Origin: Octopus sinensis
Lineage: Eukaryota
Direction: 5' to 3'
Length of the DNA stretch: 46,499 nucleotides
Assembly: GCF_006345805.1 (NCBI RefSeq)
Contig: NW_021834640.1
Span: 1 to 46,499 of the forward strand
Shown: positions 37,599 through 46,499 of the stretch, piece after piece
Layout: each line of letters opens with the position of its first letter
Position numbering within the stretch: the first letter of the stretch is position 1
Position numbers and translations under genes: made by a program
Notes under the pieces: model-generated
What the model was told of the DNA's origin: nothing
Seen by the model: the letters and a program-made list of their open reading frames with translations, nothing else
Database searches by the model: none

Positions 37599-37626
37599 TT
37601 AGGGTTAGGGTTAGGGTTAGGGTTAG
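37599..37626 (+). repeat. Interstitial (TTAGGG)4TTAG
   Basis: Read directly. Confidence 0.95.
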
Positions 37627-38150
37627 CGATGGTGGTGGAGGGGATGTTGGTGATGGTGGTGGTCATGATGGTGGTTGTAGTGATGGTGGTGACGGTGGTA
37701 GTGGTGTCGGTGTCGGCGGTGACGGTGGTGGTGCTGGTGCTGGTGAAGTGATGGTGGTGATAGAGTGGTGGTGGTGGCGGTGGAAGGGATGTTGGTGATG
37801 GTGGTGGTGACAGTGGTAGTGGTGTCGGTGATGATAGTGGTGGTGGTGATGGTGGTGGAGTGATGCAGTGGTGGAAGCGTGGTTGTGGTGGAGGTGATGG
37901 TGGTGATGGTGGTGGTAGTGGTAGTGGCACTTGTGACTGTAATGTTGGTAAAATTCGTTTTGGTGGCCATGTATGTATATTTGTTATTGTTATAGTTGTG
38001 GTGATGATGTTGATGTTGATGATGGAGATGGCGGTTTCCGTGGCGTTGGTGGTGGTTGTGGTGGAGTGGTGATAGTGATGGCGCTGGATGTGGTGGTGTT
38101 GGTGGTGGTGGTGATGTATGCGGTCATGTTGGTCGGCCGTGAAGAGTCTT
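37627..38150. repeat. (GGT/GAT)n cryptic repeat
   Basis: Read directly. Confidence 0.9.
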
Positions 38151-38372
38151 GTTGATCGTGTTTGTATGATTAGGAAACTGACCAATGGCGTCCTCTGGTG
38201 CAAGATATTAAATATATTAAAGCTGATATAACCATATCAAACGTCAGCCATAATGGCAGTGTGATAACAGAGTGTGACTAATGAAGGAAATTACACCGAA
38301 AACAGCTTGCTAACCTCTTACTTTATTCTTTCACACACAGTCTCCCATACTTTCTGTCAAATACTCACACAT

Positions 38373-38409
<37 letters not shown>

Positions 38410-38479
38410 CACTCTCAATCTCTCCTTTGTTCTTTCTTTTTTCCTTCTTTCTTTCGCGCTCAGTTTCTAATCTCATCAG

Positions 38480-38506
38480 TCTATATTTATCTATCTGTCT
38501 ATCTGT

Positions 38507-38585
<79 letters not shown>

Positions 38586-38637
38586 CCTACGTATCTATCT
38601 ATCTATCAATCTATCTATCTACCTACCTACCTATCTG

Positions 38638-38674
<37 letters not shown>

Positions 38675-38675
38675 T

Positions 38676-38707
<32 letters not shown>

Positions 38708-38709
38708 AA

Positions 38710-38743
<34 letters not shown>

Positions 38744-38881
38744 TGCCTATCTTTGTTTGTATCTATCTGCCTGTCGATCTATCTATCTATATTATCTATC
38801 TATCCATCAATCTAAATATTGTTTGATTAACAGATTGACATACATACATACATATATATATATATATATTATATATATATA

Positions 38882-38931
<50 letters not shown>

Positions 38932-39008
38932 TATATATATATATAATATATATATATATAATACATATATATATATATATATATCTATATATATATATAT
39001 ATATATAC
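38480..39008. repeat. (CTAT)n followed by (AT)n tracts
   Basis: Read directly. Confidence 0.95.
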
Positions 39009-39009
39009 A

Positions 39010-39390
39010 CGACGGGCATCTATCAGTTTCTGTCTCCTAAATCCATTCACAAGGCCTTGATCCGCTCGAGTCTATAGTAGAAGACACCCAAGATGCTTCG
39101 CAGTGGGACTGAACTCGGAACCATATGGTTGGGAGTCATGCTTCCTTGCCCAGAGTCACGTGCGCCGTGGGTGGGTGGGTGTCATAGTGTTTATGTTTGT
39201 CCCCATTACCGCTTGATAACCTCTGTTGGTGTGTTTACATCCCCGTAACCAAGCGGGTCGGCAAAAGAGACCGATAGAATAAGTACTAGGTTGAGAAGAA
39301 GAAGTCCTAGGGTCGATTTCCTCGACTAAAACACTTCAAAGGCGGTGCTCCAGCATGGTCACCATCATATGAGTTAAATAAGTAAAACGA
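39010..39390. mobile_element. SINE-A head (-, about 39010-39145) next to a SINE-A tail (+, about 39186-39390)
   Basis: Family-A motifs in opposite orientations. Confidence 0.82.
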
Positions 39391-39696
39391 AAAACGTGCC
39401 CAATATACGATAAAGCGTATTTAATATCATCGTAAGTTAAACACTTCTTCCCACATCGAAATTAAAAGGAATTTCGATAAGCTGGCGATCACCATACACT
39501 GCACGTATTAGCAACTAAAATTGCCAAGAATATGAATAAAAATCCCAAAAGTGGAGAATGAAACAGATTAAGCGATGTATACGACCGCTCCATAGCAACG
39601 AGAAACCTATTACGTAGATAAACACAATATGTATGTATATAGTTGTGGGTGTATGCTTGCTTGTGTGTGTGTGTGTCTGTGTCTGAGTGTGTTGTG

Positions 39697-40190
39697 TGTC
39701 AAGCTGTACTTTGAGATAAAAAGAACTGATCCTATGCACTATAGATCTTTCCTGCAATCAGACCCGGACGCAATGCAGCAATGGATTAATTACTGACTGG
39801 CAACGCTAGCTAGTTGTGGACAAGTGCGTCACAATTTAGGAGGTAAAAAAACCAAGCTTTTACTTACTCCCTCACCTACACCAATCCTTAAGTGTTGACT
39901 TGGTTATTATTGTAAACAGTGAAAATCGTTGGAGAAACCACATCTCTAAGGTTGTCAAGAAGGCTGAGAGTGTCTTAGTATTTCTCAGTAAAACCTTTGT
40001 CGGCCGCTCTCCAGCTATATATGTAAAGCTGTACATGACTATTGTACATCTACACCTAGAGTTTACATCACCAGTCTGGAAATCCTATCTTGCTCAGCAT
40101 AATCAATCTCTTGTAAATTGTCCAGAAACGTGCAACCAAACGAATAACCACCGTCAGGCATCTACCATATTCCGAACATCTGGGTATGGA
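39697..40190 (+). mobile_element. CR1-like LINE reverse-transcriptase C-terminal relic
   Basis: VKLYFEIKR...LQSDPDAMQQWI...VDKC...LVIIVNSENRWRNHISKVVKKAESVLVFLSKTF...LYMTIVHLHLEFTSPVWKSY...VQKRATKRI...LPYSEHL, with frameshifts. Confidence 0.88.
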
Positions 40191-41125
40191 AACATAAGCT
40201 CCAACAAACACAAAAAGCTTGGCTAATCTTCACATCATTCTTGCCTCAACGTTGTCTACATTACTGCTGGTAGTCTGTAAAACAAAGAAAACAAAGGACC
40301 ACTGATGCGGTCACAGGAGTGTGACGAAAGAACTCTGACTGAAATAAGATTAAGATTAATGTAAAAAATAAATAACACTGAAGTAAAGTAACACCAAATA
40401 TATAGTGCGTGTGTTTTTATTAGCTAAATTGGCAAAATGACCATTCTGAAATACAACAAAGTCTGTATTTTATCTGTTCAAATCCTTACATTTTGAATAA
40501 CATAACTCAACATTTCTCTATATAACTGTGCACATCTCCGTATATCTCCACAAAGCTCTATATATCCCTGCATACCTTTATGCAACGCAACATATCCCTT
40601 AATTGGAGACATCACAACGCGACAGCGCATCGTTATTTCCATCGTACCTAAAGTTCTTCTCAAGATCATTCTGTTTTTTTCTCTCTTAATCTCTTTCTCT
40701 CTACTCTATCTCTCTCACTTTCTTTTTGTGCTACCTGTTTCTCTTATATTGCCTTTCTTTCTTTCCTGTACTTCTCCTCCTCACCTCTCACTCTCACTCT
40801 TCCACTTGACAGATAAAATTGATCAATTTTACCTGACAACTGTTTAAAACGTCTGATGAAATGTTCTGGATAAGTATCATGTAACACATTAATGAGCAAA
40901 TACATAATCATACTGTGGATACGTATGTATTATAACTTAAGCTACATCTCTTCATGTTCCTTTATTAAAGTTTAAACGGCGCAATTTTTTTTTTTCTGAA
41001 AGCCTTGCTTATGTCAAATACTCACCGGAATGGCACTGATTAAATTGCCAAGATAATTTACATCCCCAGCGCATCACGAACACGCACACATAGAATAGAA
41101 ACACACACAACTATATACATATATA

Positions 41126-41264
41126 TTAGGTTGTCCCAAAAGTTCGTAAACACTTGCGAAAATTGAATTTTTGCTCGCCAAGTACTAACAAAAACAACAA
41201 AAATTATTCCTCAAAATAAAGACCATTATTTTCCAAGACTTTCTACGAACTTTTGGGACAACCT

Positions 41265-41266
<2 letters not shown>
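41126..41266. mobile_element. 141-bp mariner-type MITE
   Basis: AGGTTGTCCCAAAAGTTCGTA (41128-41148) and TACGAACTTTTGGGACAACCT (41244-41264) are a perfect pair with TA on both sides. The TTAGGTTG start resembles Hsmar1-type TIRs. Confidence 0.93.
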
Positions 41267-41318
<52 letters not shown>

Positions 41319-41660
41319 CTACATTTCACTCCTACCATATTCTGACTTGCTCTCACTCCCCTTTCTCTCTCTCTCGCTCTCATTCGTTTTATTTATTTAA
41401 ACCTTCATATATATTCTCGTCACAAACACTCTCCCTCATTCCTTTCTCTCTCAAACTCTTATTCTCGCCCAGTAAATTCCTTCTCTTTCTGCATTTTACA
41501 TGTTCAAAGAATCCCACTCGAAATGTTCCACAAGCAGCTTTTCATTCTTTCATTCCATCGTAGTCATACACTTCCCTCTCCCCACTCTCTCATTGTATAT
41601 GTATATATATGTCTATATATATATATATATATATACATACATATATATATATAATATATA

Positions 41661-41713
<53 letters not shown>

Positions 41714-41839
41714 AATATATGTATATACAAATATATATGTATATATATATATATACATATATATATATACATACATATATACATACATACAGACAGGCAG
41801 ACGGATATAGAGATAGATACACATACACACACACGCATG

Positions 41840-41877
<38 letters not shown>

Positions 41878-41879
41878 CA

Positions 41880-42037
41880 CGACCGTCTTCTTTCTGTTTC
41901 CGTCTACGAAATCCACTCACAAAGTTTTGGTCGGCTCGAGGCTATAGTAGAAAACTCTTGGCCAAGGTGTCATGCAGTGGGACTGAACCTGGAACCACGT
42001 GGTTGGTAAGGAAGCTGCCTACCACACACCCACCACT
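41880..42037 (-). mobile_element. SINE-A head only
   Basis: GTTTCCGTCTACGAAATCCACTCACAAAG...CAGTGGGACTGAACC. Confidence 0.88.
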
Positions 42038-42098
42038 ATATATATACATAGATATATATATATTTATATATATATATGTATATATATATATATGTATG

Positions 42099-42129
<31 letters not shown>

Positions 42130-42348
42130 TATCATATATTTTGTTTTACTTGTTTTTGTCCTTGTGATCGGATTGTGGTTATGCTGAGGCACTGTGTTAA
42201 AGAGTTTAGTATTTATGAACCTATCTATATGTCTCTTAGTCTAGCTATCTATCTAGCTACTCGTTTATCTTAACTATCTATGGCTCTATCAATACATCGA
42301 CTTATCTATTTATTAACTCCCATGTATATATATGCATATATGTGTATG

Positions 42349-42460
<112 letters not shown>

Positions 42461-42489
42461 GATAGATAGATAGATAGTAGATAGATAGA

Positions 42490-42738
42490 AAATAGTGTAC
42501 ATATAAACACAAGAGAAAACTACCCTTTAGCAGGTAATTTTTACACGCTATAAGCAGTAGTCAAAACGACTAAAACCACATTTAAGGGCAATTTTGAAGG
42601 AAATGACAAATATAATCTTTTACCTTGTTATTTTTTGCTGTTATACCTAGGCTTTAAATTTCTTCAGCAATCTTCTAGCGTGTAAAAAAGTTACCTGATA
42701 AAAGGTAGTTTTCTTTTGTGTTTAAATGTACACTATTT
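42490..42738. mobile_element. MITE with ~62-bp imperfect TIRs
   Basis: 42490-42550 against the reverse complement of 42676-42738: a few substitutions and one small indel. Confidence 0.88.
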
Positions 42739-42829
42739 CATATTAAGAATATGTAGTCTATTGATTATTTATACATACTAGGCCACTGGTGGTGATATTT
42801 CTAAGAATATTCGCTACCCTATATATGTA

Positions 42830-42838
42830 TATAGATAA

Positions 42839-42871
<33 letters not shown>

Positions 42872-42910
42872 TGATAGATATATAGATAGATAGATAGATA
42901 GATAGATAGG

Positions 42911-42946
<36 letters not shown>

Positions 42947-42993
42947 TAGATTAGATAGATAGATAGATGATAGATAGATTAGATAGATAGATA

Positions 42994-43026
<33 letters not shown>

Positions 43027-43027
43027 C

Positions 43028-43063
<36 letters not shown>

Positions 43064-43069
43064 GGTAGG

Positions 43070-43104
<35 letters not shown>

Positions 43105-43105
43105 G

Positions 43106-43166
<61 letters not shown>

Positions 43167-43179
43167 GAGATAGATATAT

Positions 43180-43222
<43 letters not shown>

Positions 43223-43245
43223 CTAGATAGATAGATAGATAGATA
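42830..43245. repeat. (GATA)n tract
   Basis: Read directly. Confidence 0.97.
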
Positions 43246-43905
43246 TACGCACATTCCCATACCTACGTACATATACTTATCTATATACTCATCTTCCTAT
43301 TTAACCATCCATCTCTCCATCTTTATATCTCCATACATCGCTATCTATCTCTTCTATGTAAGTCTCTTGTTCCAATTCCACCAGAGACTCTGGAGAAATA
43401 CGATAGAAATTCTATGTAAAGAATTAATTGATCCGAAAATGTTATGCCGAAACTAATGTCAGCAAGCACACCTGATTTTAATTAAACTTCAACGAAATTC
43501 TTTTGTTTATTTTATATTATTCTACAAATTGTTGATATTGTTGTTGTTGTTGTTGTTGTTGTTGCTGTTTCTTTTCGTCGTTTTTAATAATTTTATTTTA
43601 CTTTTTTAGTTTTGTTTTTTTTTCTTCTTTGTATTATTTGCATTGAGTATATTCAAGTGAAAGCTGTCGGGGACAGATGAGCAGAAAGCGAAGGAGGAGG
43701 AGGAGAGGAGAAGCAGAGGAGCATGGGGAGGAGACGGAGGAAGGGAGGAGAAGGAGGAGAAGGATGTTGCAAGAGGTGTTGGGAGAGCTAGAGGAGGAGG
43801 AGGAGGAGGAATAGGAAGGGTTGCAGGAAGAGGTATTAATTGACATAATTTCAGTTGGCGCTCATTAGCGTCGGTTGATAGACTGACACACATTCACACA
43901 TAGAA

Positions 43906-43936
<31 letters not shown>

Positions 43937-44131
43937 CACAAACACACACGCACACACATATACACATATAGACATATCCATACACTCACCAACATATTCG
44001 CAGATTCCTATACGATCATACACATACACAAAGACACACACACACTCACATATATACATATATATAAATATGCGTATTCATGTGTATGATGCATGTATAT
44101 ATATATATATATATGTATATATAAATATATA

Positions 44132-44173
<42 letters not shown>

Positions 44174-44410
44174 ACGCATGCTCATACGTACAAAATGGAG
44201 ATGTGGAGATAGAAACTGAGCTCGTAGCGGTATAAATGTGTTTATTTAGATAATTTCACATCCAGTCATATGTTCACAAATGCGTATATTAAATTCATAG
44301 ATACATATCTGTAAAGAAATACTTGCAGCGAAACACATATTGTATGTATACGCATGTATGTATAAGATAGATAGATATAGATATGTGTGTGCATGTGTGT
44401 CTGTGTGTGC

Positions 44411-44461
<51 letters not shown>

Positions 44462-44462
<1 letters not shown>

Positions 44463-44868
44463 CTCTCTCTTTTACTCTTTTACTTGTTCAGTCATTTGAC
44501 TGTGGCCATGCTGGAGCACCACCTTTAGTCGAGCAAATCGACCCCGGGACTTATTCTTTGTAAGCCCAGTACTTATTCTATCGTTCTCTTTTGCCGAACC
44601 GCTAAGTGACGGGGACGTAAACACACCAGCATCGGTTGTCAAGCAATGCTAGGGGGACAAACACAGACACACAAACACACACATACATATATACATATAC
44701 ATATATACGACGGGCTTCTTTCAGTTTCCGTCTACCAAATCCACTCACAAGGCTTGGGTCGGCCCGGGACTATAGCAGAAGACACTTGCCCAAGATGCCA
44801 CGCAGTGGGACTGAACCCGGAACCATGTGGTTGGTTAGCAAGCTACTTGCCACACAGCCACTCCTGCG

Positions 44869-44871
<3 letters not shown>
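44462..44871 (-). mobile_element. SINE family A, full length
   Basis: Colinear with the other A copies and flanked by (AT)n. Confidence 0.95.
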
Positions 44872-44902
<31 letters not shown>

Positions 44903-45038
44903 CCTGCTCGCTTAGCCAGCGGGGTGGCGTCATTTGAAGGCTAAAACAATGTGAAGCGCATTGTGACCAGCGAAGTGTAACAACATCTGATAGCCGGGTC
45001 GGTCACGTGATCACGTGAGATATATATATATATATATA

Positions 45039-45309
45039 TTCTTTTATTCTTTTACTCTTTTACTTGTTTCAGTCATTTGAAAGTGGCCATGCTGGAGCAC
45101 AGCCTTTAGTCGAGCAAATCGACCTTGGACTTATTCTCTGTACGCCTAGTACTTATTCTATCGCAATCTTTTGCGAACCGCTAGTTACGGGGCCGTAAAC
45201 ACACCACGATAGGTTGTCAAGCGATGTTGGGGAGACAAACACAGACACACAAATATACACACACATACATACCTAAATACATACATACATAAATTACATA
45301 ATATATATA

Positions 45310-45364
<55 letters not shown>

Positions 45365-45542
45365 GTATATACATATATACGACGAGCTTATTTCAGTTTC
45401 CGTCTACCAAATCCACTCACAAGTCTTTGGTCGGCCGAGGCTATAGTAGAAGACACTTGCCCAAGGTGCCACGCAGTGGGACTGAACCCGGAACCATGTG
45501 GTTCGTAAGCAAGCTACTTACCACACAGCCACTCCTACACCT
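45039..45542 (-). mobile_element. SINE family A, full length
   Basis: Colinear with the other A copies. Confidence 0.93.
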
Positions 45543-45726
45543 ATAGGTACAGGACACAAAAAAAAGACATTGAACACAATGAGAAACGAAAACATAAAAA
45601 CAAAAACATGGAAACGAACTTTTTTTCAAACAACGAAAAAACAGAGTACAAGACATACAACACAAGGAATGGCACATGGTACGACTTTGTTTTGCAGTGC
45701 TTTCCCTCTGTTCAGCGATTTTTGCG

Positions 45727-46440
45727 ATGGCTGAAACGAAAGAACAGCGGGCTTCCCGGAAATTCTGTGTCCTGCCGGGGAAGACGGTGACTGAAATCGC
45801 TGTGATGCCTCAAACAGCATACAAGAAGGCGTCTATGAGCAAAACACAAATTTATGGGTGGTTTTCACGCTTTAGGAATGGTCACTTGTTGATTGATGAC
45901 CAATCTTGTTCAGGACGACCGTCGACCTCCCGAACGAAAGAAAAATATCACGAAAGTTTATAGAGGACCTTCACCGAACAATTGACGAATTTGTTGATAT
46001 GACTCTTGTGTGCTGGAGATCCTGCCAACGGATTTTGAGCAAGGAATTGCGAGTGGGAGCAAAACTTGTGCCTCGCTTGTTTACGGTAGATCAAAAGCAG
46101 TCACAACTGAATGCATGTCGTGAACTGGAAGAACAACTGGAAATTAATTCGCACCTTTTTTTCGAAGGTCATCACTGGTGACGCGTGTTAGCGCTAGTGC
46201 TACGACTACGACCCGGAAACGAAGCAGCAATCAAGTCTAAGGAAGCATTTGATGTCAACACATCCAAGAAATGTGCTTCAAGTGAAGACCAATGTCAAGA
46301 CGATGCTGATTTGTTTCAGCGATGCAAAAGGGATTTTCCTCACAGAATTTGTTCCTCTTCGTCAAACTCATAACCAGGCATTTTTACTTGGAAGTTCCGA
46401 AGCGGTTGCGAGACGCGTTGAGACGAAAACGAAAGCGGTA
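45727..46440 (+). mobile_element. Frameshifted mariner transposase relic (irritans-like)
   Basis: MAETKEQRASRKFC...MSKTQIYGWFSRFRNG...DDQSCSGRPSTS, AKLVPRLFT, ITGD, YDYDPETKQQS and VKTMLICFSDAKGI...EFVP are spread over three frames. No TIR seen. Confidence 0.9.
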
Positions 46441-46499
46441 AAAGTATAAACACGTAAAACAAAGTGAATTAAAATAATACTACAAATTTCTGTACCCGC

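Noticed and set aside
29228-40190. The two CR1 fragments as one interrupted element
   Set aside because: They are on the same strand but in the wrong order: the 3'-most part lies upstream of the RT part.

Overview
A 46.5-kb eukaryotic window made almost entirely of repeats. I infer an octopus or other coleoid cephalopod from the microsatellite load and from tRNA-headed SINE families I recall as octopus-type; this is not verified by any search. No host protein-coding gene, tRNA, rRNA or CRISPR array can be supported. Nearly all supplied ORFs are translations of (AT)n, (GATA)n, (ATT)n, (ACC/ACA)n, (CT)n or (GGT/GAT)n tracts. The window contains many copies of at least four tRNA-headed SINE families (my labels A, B, C, E) and a ~500-bp tailed repeat (D). 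It also has 3'-end relics of CR1-like, RTE-like and one unclassified LINE, two decayed Tc1/mariner transposase relics, several TIR-bounded MITEs, a 250-bp near-perfect palindrome and three minisatellites. The most notable signals are four. (1) A hammerhead ribozyme with a fully intact core and all three stems at 12176-12265. (2) A ~190-bp module carrying a second, minimal hammerhead, found twice at the same position inside SINE-A. (3) A ~50-nt 3' tail shared between SINE-C and a LINE relic, suggesting a SINE/LINE partner pair. (4) An 11 x 103-bp minisatellite that arose inside an RTE coding region. Family names come from recall, and the edges of degenerate repeats are approximate.
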